DNA of 64,000 nucleotides from the NCBI GenBank assembly GCA_051294375.1, contig CM119267.1:26399324-26463323 (forward strand), in the 5' to 3' direction. The translations under genes and the position numbers were made by a program. This document shows, piece by piece, positions 1 to 12,203 of the stretch. The notes below the pieces were generated by a model. It had not been told where the DNA came from and made no database searches. It saw only the letters and a program-made list of their open reading frames with translations. Origin of the DNA: Paraspadella gotoi (Eukaryota; Animalia; Chaetognatha). Every line of letters begins with the position of its first letter. Position 1 is the first letter of the stretch.

Positions 1-3000
1 GTAGAACCAACGCCGCATCCCACGGAGGAAAATCCGCGAGTAGGGGGACTCCGCTCGAAGGTCCCCTTGAGAAACGTCGAACGAGGGGGTGTTCCCCCAC
101 GAGTACGAACCCTGTGCGGCAAGGTGGCCGAAATCGCTGAGCGGTGAAGGGTTCACCGTGCTGTACGACAAGCCTAACCAACGAGATGGGCTAGGTACTC
201 CCGAACATCCTTCAGAGACGCATTCAAGTCTCGAACTTCCTTACATTGAAGGAAAGACAAGGAAGGAGGTCACAGGCTTCCAGAGCGTAACGATCTCGCG
301 TCGAGCTCTCAGCTGTGAGCGATGATGTCGAAGGCCTGGAGTCGCTGAGGTCGTCTGAGGTCGTTCGCCGCCGAAAATCTGCCAAAGACCAGCTTGAGAC
401 CGGTCGGCTGTGCGGCGGCGGAGATCCTGTGCTGAGGTCGATGACGGACGTCCTCCGGGAACCGGAAGGCTCGAGCCTCCAGAATCTTCAGGTTCAACAA
501 CGACGGGAACCACTTCTGGCTGGCCAGAAAGGGGCGATCAAGCAGGAAGATCCCGACGACTCCTCCAGCTTCGGATGAGCTCGGGAGGAGAGGTGGTGGA
601 GGAAAGAGAAATGCCGATCGAAGATCCAAATCTGGGCGAGGGCGTCCACACCCTCCGTTGGCGCCTCCGCCTATCGAGAAGAAACGGCAGCCTGCGTCGA
701 GTCTTCGTCGCAAAAAGATCGATGGAGGGAGTGCCGAAGGTCTCGCAGATCTGACCGGAAGATCCGTGGAAGGAGATGCCAATCGCAACTAGCGTCCCTC
801 GACGCCCGATCTCGTTCACCAAGTCTCCTTCTGACGACAGGTGACTCCCGGGTGATACGGATCCCCAGGGTATGGGCGATCAGCAGAGACTCGCCGGACA
901 ACCTCGTGTAGCTCCGTCGAACGGCTGCACGTGCGCTGGAGACAGAGCAACGACACCAGACTGTCGGCATTGATATGGGTGATGGACATCTGCAGCCTCC
1001 CAGGCACCTCCCCTGGTGAGCTCTCCCTGGAAAGGATGCCCCAACCTCCTGCGAGGCATCCGTCGTCAACTACGTGGGCGCAATCTTCTGGAGCAAGATC
1101 GTCCACGGACGCGACGGCAGTCCTCCAGGCGAAGCGACTGACACCACTCTAGCTCCTCCCGCGCTGAAGCGTCTAACAGCGTTGGCGATCGAGATCCTTC
1201 TCGGAGTGGTAGACCGGTTGACGTTCCTTTGAATCCGGGCGGAAGTGGCAACAGGAGAAGCGGAACTGCGAGCGTGGCCGCCGTGGCGTGTCCGAGAAAC
1301 TGAAAGGACTAAACGCGCCGGCGGGAGAGACGACGAGAGGAGTGAAGTCGCTAAACTCCGGATCGATTCAACTTGGGCGGCGGAAGCGAGATCTGATGAA
1401 GCTGCCGTCCCAATGAAAACCGAGGAATCGAGAGGACTGATAGGGAGTCAGGCTCGACTTCTCCCGGTGGAGAAAGAAACCGCCTCCAAGAGCAGATTGG
1501 ACCGCTTCAACGTCGCTTGGTGACACTCCTCCTTCGATGAGCCAGGATGAGAGGATGTCGTCGATATATAAGAGAGACAACGAATGCCTCTCTGCCTCAG
1601 CCATTGAACATAGCGGGCGCATTGTCTTCGTGAAGAGCCACGGGCCGTCGCCAAAACCGAAGGGAAGAACCTTGTACTGGAGGATCCACCCTTCAAATGA
1701 ATCGACAAAACTTCGATGCCTCCTCGTGAAGCGGGAGGGGGAGATAAGCGTCGCGTAGGTCGATTGAGGCGGCCAATCTCCCCGTCGAAACATTCTCCTG
1801 ATGTCCTTGACCCTTCCAAGCGGAAATACGGAAGGTGAAGAAAAGCGCGGCTCGTTGAGAACGCTTCAGGTTGAGAATGGGCCTCCACCTCCATCCTTCT
1901 TCGGTCAAAAGAAGATCCTGGAGTAAAAAACCCGGAGAGGCTCTACCTCCTCGATCGCACCCTTCTCCAAGGCGGCGGAGATTTCCGCTTCGACTGGCGT
2001 CGTCCTCTCGCGAAAGAGCGCGTCGCGTCCGGCAGGACGAGGAAGACGGGTTTGGGGATCGCCCTCCGGCATCGGCGATCTTGAAGCCCGAAAATGTTCG
2101 TTGTCAAAATTGGAGAGGGTCGGGCCCCGACCTGACGAATCCGATCTTGAAGAGGGCCTGCAGCCGGACGACGAGCGGCGACTGCATCGCCGGAGAAACT
2201 CCGTACATTCGCAGGCTTGGCTTCCCCCTGTCCTGCCCGCTTTACCCGACTCTGAAGCGAGTAGGGCTTCTTGCCGCTCTCCGCGGGCTTTGAAGTTGGA
2301 ACTTCGACGCTTTGAACCTGACTGCCCACGTTAATTCAAGAGATACGCAGAAGAGGGCGTGCGGCGATCGTTAAAATGAGGCGGCTATGGTTGACCGCGC
2401 ACGAAACTTCGATCTCGAGCGATTTCCGAAGAAAAACCTCTCGGGTCGGGAGCGGCGTCCTTGCCAGCGCCGCCACGCCAGAATCGTGACGCCGGCGTGC
2501 CCATTCGACAACAACGACGTCTCGAACTTCCAAAAGCGCAAGCGTATTGAACGGCGGCTTGCCTGGGCATGGGACGCAAATATCGCGTAGGGGCGAAGCC
2601 AGCGAGGAGATTGCCGGCTCCCAACCACCTGATCCGCTCTGAAATTACCCGCCTTGATCTGCGCTGTCCGACAACAAAAGGCGTAGTCTCCGTCGGCCGA
2701 CAAAAAGCAGCGGGCGTGTACCACGACGCCGCACCGGCCCTCCTGCATCGTGCGCTTAAATGTTGTACTGGTAGACAGGGATAAACTGGGTGGTAGATAG
2801 CCGCTCGGAGAAGGCGGGATCACACCCGTTCCTGATCTGGAAAGTAAGAAAACGACTGCCGATGAGGCGTAGGTCCACCCAACGGACGAAGGCGCGACGG
2901 TTGCGGAGGGTTGTGCGGAGACTCCAGCTTCTCGACCAACATCCCCTGACTCCGAGACCGTTGACGAAGCCGGAACGCCATTGCTCGAAACTCCAATCAG

Positions 3001-4662
3001 GACGGCGACACGCGTCCTTGGCGGCGGGACTTGCAAGCGTAGAAAGGCGCCCGATCGACGTGCTGGGTCGGAACCTCACCTCTTCCATCTCCCGATGAGG
3101 GTTGTGTCCAGTCCCGGAAGCTGGGTGCGACGCCCGTTTTGTGCCGTCCAGGCGGTGAAGGCTGACGCGTTGGTCTAGAGGCCGAGGCAGGGAGCCGTGG
3201 GCGGACTCTCTTCCTTGGAAGCGAAGGACATCGTCTCAGAGGGTACCAGCGGGCGAAGGGAAAGGCGAAGTGAAAAGTCGTACCCGTCGATAAGAAATTC
3301 ACCATGAACGCAAGCAAAAAAACGCGAGAATTTAGATTACATATCAAAATACGAGGGAAACCCCCCCCTTCTTTCTCTCTAATCCACAAATATTCAGCAA
3401 AAAAGAAAATATCTTGAAAACTTAAACACAACACAGAAAAAAAACGGAAACCGGAACTCACACCACGGAACCCACACCCACCCGAGAGCTGAAGCACCGC
3501 AGTAGTGCCCCGACTGTTCGTTATCGTCAGGCGGGGCAGAATGTGTGGGGGTTCTCGATAAGATTCATAATATTCCATTCAGAATTACAGATTCTCTATT
3601 CGAAACCCCCCCCCACGAATTAAGCCTGCAGAAGTAACGAGAAAAAAACGCGGGCGTTGAGTGAACATCATAATATAAAAAATATAAAAACGAAAAGAAA
3701 GAAAGGAAAAGAGAAACAAAAATTTATGAGGTCAAATAAGAATTGCACGGCAAATAACGAAGCCTCTATCAAGCACCTGCGCTTTCGCTCCATCTGCCAA
3801 CGCGATCGATCCTCTTCGAATAAAGGAACGCCACAGGTTATACGCCGAGCCCGCTGGCGATTTTCACATCTCCGGGACCTATAAGCCAAAATCTCCTGGC
3901 ATGTCCTGCGACCCGGCTTAGGCCGTCCTTTCAATAAGCTCCAGGCCTCGACCTTGCACGCCTCCGCGGTGCGTTAGCGAATCCACGCCCAACCCGAACC
4001 CCACAGTCCCCCGGGGGGTCTCGCGCCGCCCTGCCCAGCGCGCGGCCCTCGCAATCGCGGCGACCGTGAAGCTCGCAGGTAACGGAAGACAGCGCCTAAA
4101 GCAGAGGAGGGTGAGAAGAAACACCGACCGGGCGCGAGCATCTGCGACGCCAGTCGACGCAGCCCACGATGCGAATCTCAGGGTCCCTGCAAACCCTGTG
4201 GTCGAAACTAAGATTTCGTTCGAACTGCGTACCTCGCGCCGATCTTCTCCTGAGATCTTAATCGCGGCATTCTTGACTGATCGTCGGCAAATAAACACAA
4301 AAGGAGTTCACGAGGCGTCGAAATGTTCAAAATACGATAGTGAAAAGCAATAATATCGAAGGAAAAGTCCGATAATAATCGAAAAAAAGCGCTAAAAATA
4401 AGCGAAAGCGACTGTATCACATAGAGCGCGAAAAAAGAGGAAGACAGTGACGCGTCCCGGCTGCAGCACTGCACTTCGACAGTCAGGACGTGCAGCTCGG
4501 GATGGGCCTGCAGCAGCTCTGCTGCCCGCTGAGGCCGGCGGAGAGTATTTTTTCGTTTGACTTTTGTTTCTGTTTCACATGTCTGGTCACAGCGCGGTTT
4601 CGTTGTCTCGCCTTTTGGGGAGACAAAAAGGCTAATTGTGGGGGGGTTTCGAATAAGAGAAT
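1..4662 (-). mobile_element. DIRS-type tyrosine-recombinase retrotransposon, copy 1 (frameshifted; 3' end runs off the window)
   Basis: Minus-strand fragments in DIRS order: gag-like (~3300-2300), RT (WRPILNLKR, ASIDLRDAY, YKVLPFG..GPWLFTK, LLYIDDIL), RNase H (TTDASQ, THIN), methyltransferase-like domain (IDLFAT, FLFPPPPLL, QKWFPSLL), start of YR. Left ITR ~4445-4662 ending in ATT on the minus strand; ICR at 3543-3626. Confidence 0.9.
3543..3626 (-). other. DIRS internal complementary region (ICR), copy 1
   Basis: Arm-spacer-inverted arm; 3591-3626 (attctctattcgaaacccccccccacgaattaagcc) is the near-exact reverse complement of the element terminus 4630-4662. Confidence 0.8.
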
Positions 4663-5608
4663 TACTTATGCTGAAACCTCCTTACAGGGTGAGTGTCAAA
4701 CTAAGTCAAAAATTATAATGAATTTTAAAACTAATGGCACCCCATAAGAATAAATGAAAATTAAATTCTTGTTTTAATTGATTCTGAGAAGAAAAAAGCT
4801 AAATTGTACTCTAGTAAAACTTTTAAAGTTTTTTGAGATAAAGAATTGTGAATTTTTGGCCACTTAAATATTTGCTTAGTCTGATTTTTACAAGCATGCT
4901 TACAAAATTCTACAAAATATTATTTACCACATCCCAGCCTAAGTGTTTATCCTTTTTTTCCACCAGCAAAAAGTAAACATAATCTTACTGAAAGGAGCCG
5001 GAAGACATTCAACTTCTTCACTTTGATGTTATTTTTCAATAATAAACTAAGCAATTTTTTTAATTATTTAACTCTCACAGGCTTCATAAGATATTACACT
5101 TTCATAATATCCCTATGTTAATGTAATTTATTATATTTTTTACTCAGAAATCATAAAATAACAGGAAGTTGTGGATTCCCTTCGCTCGTTTCAGAAAAAA
5201 AAATTAACTAGCGGAATTATAAGTTTGTAAGAGGAAGTCAGAATCGGCGAAAATCTTAAAAAGCGAAAATGTTGAAAAAAGGGAGGGAAATTTTGGTTGT
5301 TTTTGGTCGATTTCTTCTAAACCCATTGGCCAATTTAGACGTAACTTAAGATTTACATTATTCCAGTCATTCTCTATCCAAAAATATAAAAATATTATGA
5401 AAAAAGGTTTGGGATCGTCTATAAATATTTTATGTAGCATTAAATCAAATAATTAAAAACTTATTTGTTATTTGGGTGGGTTTTTTTGGGTGGGTTTTTT
5501 AATGCCAACCCTGTTTGTCGCCCAGGGGAACCATGAAACAAAAGAAAAAATTGTCTCTAAATACAAACGCAACAAACATTAATTTAAATAAAAACGATAA
5601 AAAAGAAA

Positions 5609-8298
5609 AACAAGTTTGAGCAAACGAAGCCGGATCTTCCCACGATCATTAGCGGTAAGCAGCTGATCAGATAATTAATTTATTAATAAATTAATTAATA
5701 TTATTTTTTTTTATTTATGTCAAAATCGTTTTCCACTTTGTCTTGCCTCTCAATCACAAAACAACAATCTCGATCACAAAATTAATTACAAATAAATATT
5801 TATTATTTATTAATAATTAATTAATGCAGCTTGAATTTACATTTAATATAAAAATAAAAAGGCATAATCAAATAGTGAAATAGATTGTTTGTTTTTTCCA
5901 TTTTAACTCATTTCCACTTGGACGATTCCAACGAAATTTTATTTCCTGCTTAATAACACACTTTCCTACCCACATACAAAATTTTAAGTCAATCACCCCA
6001 TTCACTCATGAGTAATTGGCGTTCAAAAAGTGAATTTTTTTTTTACTTCAACTCATTTCCACTTGGACGATTCCATCGAAACTTGATTTCCAGCTCAATC
6101 ACAATTTCCTACCCACGCACAAAATTTCAATCCAATTCATCCATCAAATCACGAGTAATTGGTGTTTTTTGCTAAGGGGGGATCGACGGACAGACAGACA
6201 GACAATTTTTTTGCATAATTTTTCATAATTCAATGTTCTGACATGATATAAGTGAATGCCCGACAATATTGGGGGGGCGGACCGACAAAGTGAATTATAG
6301 AGCCAGAATCTGCTAATTTTTATCTCGGACTCTCTCTCTCTCTTTTGCAATTGCAACGATCCTTATGCTCATTTTTTCTGCTCTCTATCTCTCTCTTCTC
6401 TTGCAATTGCGACGATCCTTATGCTTTTAGGATTTTTTTAACTTGCATCATTTTTTCTGCTTGCATCATTTTTCAACTTGCATAATTTTTTTAAATTGCA
6501 CATTTTTCACATTAATTAATTAATTAAAACATTAGTAATCATAAAATAATAAAGATTCAAGTAAATGTGACTTATGTTTTTTCCATTTAAACTCATTTCC
6601 ACTGGCAATTCCGTCAAAACTTTATATCTAGCTTCTTCACACACTTTCCTACCCGCTCACAAAATTTCATCTCAATCTATTATGGGTTAAAATAAGTAAA
6701 AAGTTTCAAGTAAATGTAACTCATATTTTTTTATATTAAACTCATTTCCACTCGTACGTTTCCACCGAAACTTTATATCAAGCATCGTTACACATTTTCT
6801 ACCCACACAAAAAATTTGAACTCAATCTATCCATCCAATTATGATTAATTAGAGTACTTATTGGTTAAAATAAGTAAAATATTTTTAGTAAATGCGACTT
6901 ATGTTTTTCCACTTAAACTCATTTCCACTCACACGATTCCGTCGAAACTTTATATCCAGCTTTATCACACACTTTCCTACCCACACACAAAATTTCATTC
7001 CAATCCAACCAGCCAATAACCAGTTATTGGAGCTTTTTGCTAAGGTGGGACGGATGGACGGATTGATTGACTGATTAATTATTGATTAATTAATTGACTA
7101 ATTGATTAATTAACTGATTAATTATTTGATTATTAATACATCTGCATATACATTTAATATAAAAGGAAAAAGAATCATAATCAATTAGTGAAACAGGTTT
7201 TTGTTTTTTTCCATTTAAACTCATTTCCACTCAAAAGATTCCATCGAAACTTGGTTTCCTGTCAATCACACACTTTTCTACTCGCATACAAAATTCCAGG
7301 TCAATGATAATTAAGTGGTAATAAGCTAACTTGTCAACTTGCATAATTTAATCAACTTGCATAATTTGGTCTTCTGACATAATTTGGTAAACTGACATAA
7401 TTTGGTAAACTGACATAATTTGGTAAACTAAAATTGGTCAATGACATATAATTTGTCAATTAGGATAATTTGGTCAACCGGCAAATTTGGTCAACTGGCA
7501 TATTTGGTCAACTGGAAAAATTTGGTCAACTGGCAAAATTTGGTCAACTGGCATAATTTGGTCAACTGGCATAATTTGGTCAACTGGCATATTTTTGTCA
7601 ATTGGCATAATTTGGTCAATCAATCAATCAATCAGAGAGAGATAGAGAGAGAGAGAACTTTAAAAAATTCAAATAAATGTGTCTTTTGGTTTTCTAATTT
7701 GAACTCTTTTCCACTCCTATGATTCCATCACATACTTTCCTACCAACACACAAAATTCAATTTCGATTTATCTATCCAATTTTTAATAAACATAATAATT
7801 ATGAGTAAATTTAAGTAAAAATACTTCAAGTAAATATGACTTTTGTTTTTCCATTTTAACTCATTTCCACTCGCACGATTCCATCGAAACTTTATCACAC
7901 ACTTTCCTACCATCATACAAAATTTTAAGTCAATTGCCCTATCCACTCATGAGCAATTGGCGTTCAAATAGTGAAATATATTTTTTTTGTTTTTTCCATT
8001 TAAAACCAATTTCCACTCGCACGATTCCCTCGAAACTTCATATCCATCTCAATCACACAGTTTCTACCCACACACAAAATTTCATACAATCCATCCATCC
8101 AATCACGAGTAATTGAGTTTTTTGCTAAGGTGGGACGGACGGACGGACGGACAGACAGACGGACATCGTTTTTTTTGCATAATTAATCATAATTCGATGT
8201 TCTGACATGATATAAGTGTATGCCCGACAATATTGAGGGGCGGACCGACAAAGTGAATTATAGAGTCGGGATCTACTGATAATCAGATCCGACTAAAA
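5609..8298. mobile_element. Helentron-associated interspersed element (HINE/DINE-1-like), composite copy with internal tandem repeats
   Basis: One end aacaagtttgagcaaac hairpin + subTIR (g)ccggatct; other end gtcgggatct..agatccgactaaaa palindrome; (GGAC/AGAC)n microsatellite; repeated aactcatttccact units; A-run flanks, no TSD. Confidence 0.75.
7330..7620. repeat. 18-bp tandem minisatellite (ggtcaactggcataattt) inside the HINE
   Basis: Directly visible head-to-tail units without spacers. Confidence 0.9.
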
Positions 8299-8730
8299 AT
8301 TAGAATTGAGATAGAGCTCAAAGTGAGCAGGCCCCCCTTGGTTTATGCAAATGAAGCCTTAACGATGAGGCCGGGTCATTGACACATCATTGGTTGAGAC
8401 GACAATTCTGTTGAGGTCGTCAGCGTTGCACTGGGGATACTTCCTTGCGGGAAGAGACCAAGTGCGACTCGAATGTCTCACTGGCCTGATACGCCTGCCG
8501 ACTGCCCCCTTCTCGCCTGCTGGCGGGGCGGGCGGTTATCAGTTCTTGCCGCTTTTGCGACAGGAGTGGCGGACTCCTCTCCCTCCAGTAGCCGATGTTT
8601 TGGGCGGCACTCATTCCCCAGAGAGAGGGATTGAGTTGCTACAATCAAGGGAGAGGCATCGTCTGCCCTTTTGCCCTCTCTCTCTCTTTCTCTCTCTCTC
8701 ACTTCTTCTACACAATTTGGTAAACTGTTA

Positions 8731-8770
8731 ACGCCGATGAAGACTCGAAACAAGAGTCGAAACATGTCAC
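8731..8770 (+). ncRNA. Degenerate minimal type I hammerhead ribozyme motif (Penelope-type)
   Basis: CCGATGA-a-gactc-gaaacaa-gagtc-GAAAC-ATGTC; core U4 changed to C, palindromic ACATGT helix III. Confidence 0.6.
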
Positions 8771-9301
8771 TTTTTAATAAAAACAAATTCGTTGAAGAAG
8801 CAAATTTCAAACTATTTCTTAATCTCTGTACTCAACGAAACAGAAAGGAATAATACAATGACTCCAAACATATAAAATTTCTTCTCAATTTTAAATTGAG
8901 AAGAAATACTTGTAAATATTTATTGTTTTCAGTAATAAATTACTGAATTATTCTCCTATACCTTATTGTTTGCCCAATTATTCCCCAAAGGAGAAGCAAT
9001 ATTGTCAAGTACTTTGTTCCTTAGTTTGTATTATAAGTCACATCAACTGTAAATATGGTCAGTTCGAACCCCTAAGGTCCGAACTTCAGGGGGGGATGAG
9101 GCGACTTACGATCGGTCTCTCTCTCTCTGAACCTTCCTCTCTCCTCTTACTTCGTGCCGGTCAGTCCCCATGGTCACTTTGCCCTCGCACTGACCACGAT
9201 AACCTTACTATAAAGGTGTCCAGTGGACACTGTCCACTGTCCGTTTACGTTTAGTGTCCCAAATCTGGGCGACAAATAAAAACCAAAAAAAATGCTGGCA
9301 C

Positions 9302-9427
9302 CGGGGGTGAAAAGGCCAAATTTGGTTCCTCTGTCGTAAACGAGATTAAATTCTACGTAGCGACCCCGCCGCAGGAGCTGCCATCGACGATCGGCCCATG
9401 AGTAACCGTCGTGTTTGTGTTTGGCCA
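9302..9427 (-). CDS. CPOX: Coproporphyrinogen III oxidase, exon 6
   Basis: [28 protein letters not shown] signature; cag acceptor, probable GTGCCA donor at 9301. Final exon not found in window. Confidence 0.9.
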
Positions 9428-9501
9428 CTGAAAAGAGAAGAGAAAATTACTCGGTGAAAGAGGAAGACATCGGGCGGACGAGTTTCGGAGATCTCACTCA
9501 C

Positions 9502-9653
9502 CAAGAGGAGCATAGGAGGGAAGGACAGAGTTGGCGGCGTCGACGAGAAAGGTGAAGGCAGCGTCGAGATTCGGTGTCTCCAAATCGTCGAAGAAAATCC
9601 CACCAACGCCGCGACGCTCACCGCGGAAAGGATTCAAGAAGTATTCGTCGCAC
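9502..9653 (-). CDS. CPOX: Coproporphyrinogen III oxidase, exon 5
   Basis: [24 protein letters not shown]; AG/GT boundaries, phases consistent. Confidence 0.95.
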
Positions 9654-9720
9654 CTGGATAACGAGAGGCCCTCAGCAATAGCAATAGCAAAAAAAAAAAA
9701 AAAAAAATGAATTGGGTTAC

Positions 9721-9888
9721 CATTTCTTAAACTCTTTGTAGCGAGTGGGGTGATGCTTGTCGCAGGCGGCCTTCAACGTCTTATGAAAGTGGACAAAGTC
9801 TTCCTCATTGTAGACGTAGGGAGTCAAGTCGGTACCGCCGCCAAACCAGGCCGTCGTCGCTCCGTCGTCGTCGCGGATCTCAAAATAC
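9721..9888 (-). CDS. CPOX: Coproporphyrinogen III oxidase, exon 4
   Basis: [35 protein letters not shown]; AG/GT boundaries. Confidence 0.95.
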
Positions 9889-9948
9889 CTGGAGGTGAAG
9901 AGCGAAGAGAAGCAAAGGAAATGAAGGCGAAAAGATACCAACGCTCAC

Positions 9949-10059
9949 CTGTAATTAAAGTGGACCGTGGGAACGTGAGGATTTCTAGGGTGGATAACGG
10001 AGCTGATCCCACAGGCGAAAAAATTCGGCTCCTCCGCTGAAAATTGGCGTCCACGTGAC
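9949..10059 (-). CDS. CPOX: Coproporphyrinogen III oxidase, exon 3
   Basis: [25 protein letters not shown]; AG/GT boundaries. Confidence 0.95.
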
Positions 10060-10149
10060 CTGAAAAGTATTTGGTAATTGTTCTACTTAATAAATTTCAT
10101 CAACTGAAAGGTTTACAAGAAAAACAGTGCATGTTTTTGTCAAAGAACA

Positions 10150-10388
10150 CGCCTCCCGTATAGCTTGGTGAAACTCAGCTCGTCCCATTGGCTTGGACAG
10201 CTAAGTACTCGTTCACTAACCCTGAGTTCGGGGTTTAATCCCCTCACAGTCACTCTGGTTAAAGTGTGATGGACCGATGGTGTTGGCATAAACACGCCAG
10301 TGACAGAGTGGTCATTGCAAGTCCAAAGCCCTGAGCGCCAGCTGTCGGGAGATGCCTCACACCCCGGGCATCACACATGTTCCCCCCA
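10150..10388 (+). mobile_element. tRNA-headed SINE-like repeat (family A) carrying a twister-like core
   Basis: A-box-like TAGCTTGGTG, B-box-like GGTTTAATCCC; diverged independent copy at 29494-29735. Confidence 0.7.
10247..10346 (+). ncRNA. Candidate P5-type twister ribozyme
   Basis: taaa-GTGT-GA-TGG-[P1 hairpin]-TAA-ACAC-GC-C-[P3 agtgac/gtcatt]-G-CAAG-TCCAAAGC-CCTG-A: P2 GTGT/ACAC, T1 TGG/CCA, T2 GC/GC. Confidence 0.7.
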
Positions 10389-11067
10389 TTTTATTGCTTC
10401 ATTTTAGAAAATGCTCTTTTGCTTTTTCGAACCAAAAATCGGTTCTGACCAAATCACTGAACCAAATTTGATACGATACAAATGGGACTATCGTGGCGAT
10501 TTTCAATATTGTACCCCTGAGCTATGGTACAGAGCCATGGGGGGTCACCCAAAGGGGGCAAAAAATGACCAAATATTTATTTAAAAAAAGATAAATTTTT
10601 TTTCATAGATGATTTGCATTACTTTGTAGAAAAAACATTTTAAAAACGAAAACTTGAATGAACCGCCTATGTTCATGATCCTGGAAATAGAGGAAAAAAT
10701 TGGTTTTTCACAATAATAGATTTACTTTACTGGACAAAAAAAGGTTTCTGCAACAGTTCGGTTTAAAAAAATTGAAAACAATTTTATTCCACTTGGGCTG
10801 ACCTCTTGTGAGCCCATATCTCGGGTCATAGGTCAAGTTTCAAAAATCCCTTCAATAGTCCCAATTCTATTGCCCTATAGTTAGTTCAAGCAAAATTTCA
10901 TCAATTTCGGTCTAGTAGTTTGATCGGAACCGATTCTTGGTTTGAAAAAATTAAAGAGGATTTTCTAATATGAAGCCTTGTATTTTTATTAATACCAAAA
11001 ACGACATTAACAAAAAATGTAAAGAAAAATTTTTCATTTAAATTGATCAATGAATCCATGAAAAAAC

Positions 11068-11204
11068 CTCATTTGAGCAGCGGCAGCCTTGCTGAGTTTT
11101 CCGTGGACTACGGAGACGTTGACGCCGGCCTTTTCAAAGACCATTCCGTCCTGAAGGACGCAAGTGACGCCTCCACCACCTTCTGGCCTTTCCCATCGAT
11201 CAAC
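11068..11204 (-). CDS. CPOX: Coproporphyrinogen III oxidase, exon 2
   Basis: [35 protein letters not shown]; aag acceptor, AG|GTTTTT donor. Confidence 0.95.
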
Positions 11205-11677
11205 CTTCGAAAAGAGCGATAAGATCATCAACGGAATGGATCTATAAACGGACTTGGTTGGCCAAGTGCTCGTCTCCTTCACGAATCATCAGAATGCCGA
11301 CGAATCACAGACCTTACTTCAACCTTAGAATGACCAATGACCGACAGAGGAACCGACGGAGGGATTGATGGTCAAAATTGCTAAGAGAACTCTAGGCATT
11401 CACCTCTACACCCAAAACTCAAGAAAGAACACTTCTTCAAATAATTATTGAACTGTTTAATATTGTCATCACCTTTGTCTTAACCTTTGTCATCGTGTCA
11501 TCGTTACCTATGTCATCACCCTAATCATTGTCCGTCATAAATAAAACCATTGTCAACCAAATACTTTGCCACTTATTAATTACCCTCGTTATTTGACTAA
11601 ACGTCAACGAGATTATTTTTAAAAAATTCGCCCTCGACTCTAAAAACGGCGACGCGGCTTAACTCACCTCGCCTCAC

Positions 11678-12079
11678 CTGGAACGTTTTGTCCTCTTCCA
11701 ACTTCTCGAGTTCTCCGCAGATCTGCCCCTGCAATCCCATGATGAGAAGTTCCATCTTTCGCTTTGTCTCGCCGCTTTCCTCTATGAGAAGAGATGCGTC
11801 GGTAATCGGTGGCGCCATCCACTTTCTCTGGCGCAAACTGGAATCAGGAGTCATTTTTGGGAAACTCATGGGTTGGATGACGGAAGATATTTCGGCGGCC
11901 AGCGCCACAAAGCGTCGCTCGTCTCGACAAGTGGACCACAGCCATGCCCCCGTAGACGCGGCACCGATAGTCATCACCAACCCGGCACCGATCAAGGGGC
12001 TCCGTCTTTCGAGGGAAGAGCGAGACCAACGTAGAAAAAGGGAAAGGGCACGGGAAGAGCAAGAGTTTGAAGGAAGCAT
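11678..12079 (-). CDS. CPOX: Coproporphyrinogen III oxidase, exon 1 (mitochondrial-type presequence and hydrophobic segment)
   Basis: ATG at 12079; Arg/Ser-rich N-terminus, hydrophobic stretch, then WMAPPITD..KRKMELLIMGLQGQICGELEKLE; CAG|GTGAGG donor. Confidence 0.9.
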
Positions 12080-12203
12080 CGCGTCCAATCGCGAAAATTC
12101 CCTTTTAAATTCTTAATGAACAAAGAGCCAATTACGGATCTATAGGCTTAACAAAACAGAACATTTTTAATTTCATGTAATTTCAAAAATGTGAACTTTG
12201 TCT

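Noticed and set aside
7330-7722. CRISPR-like array or repeat protein (LVNWHN)n
   Set aside because: Contiguous 18-bp minisatellite with no spacers inside a HINE; the ORF is a by-product.
8356-8480. HDV-like ribozyme (GAGACG/TGTCTC P2, CGAA junction)
   Set aside because: Only 8 nt are available for P3-L3-P3 and no P1.1 can be formed.
8430-8480. FESHLVS as the missing CPOX IESILMS exon
   Set aside because: Weak similarity, requires a frameshift and lacks the downstream conserved residues.
9290-9301. Non-canonical GC donor after CPOX PGA
   Set aside because: A canonical GT (G|GTGCCA) lies a few bases earlier and weak GT donors are common here.
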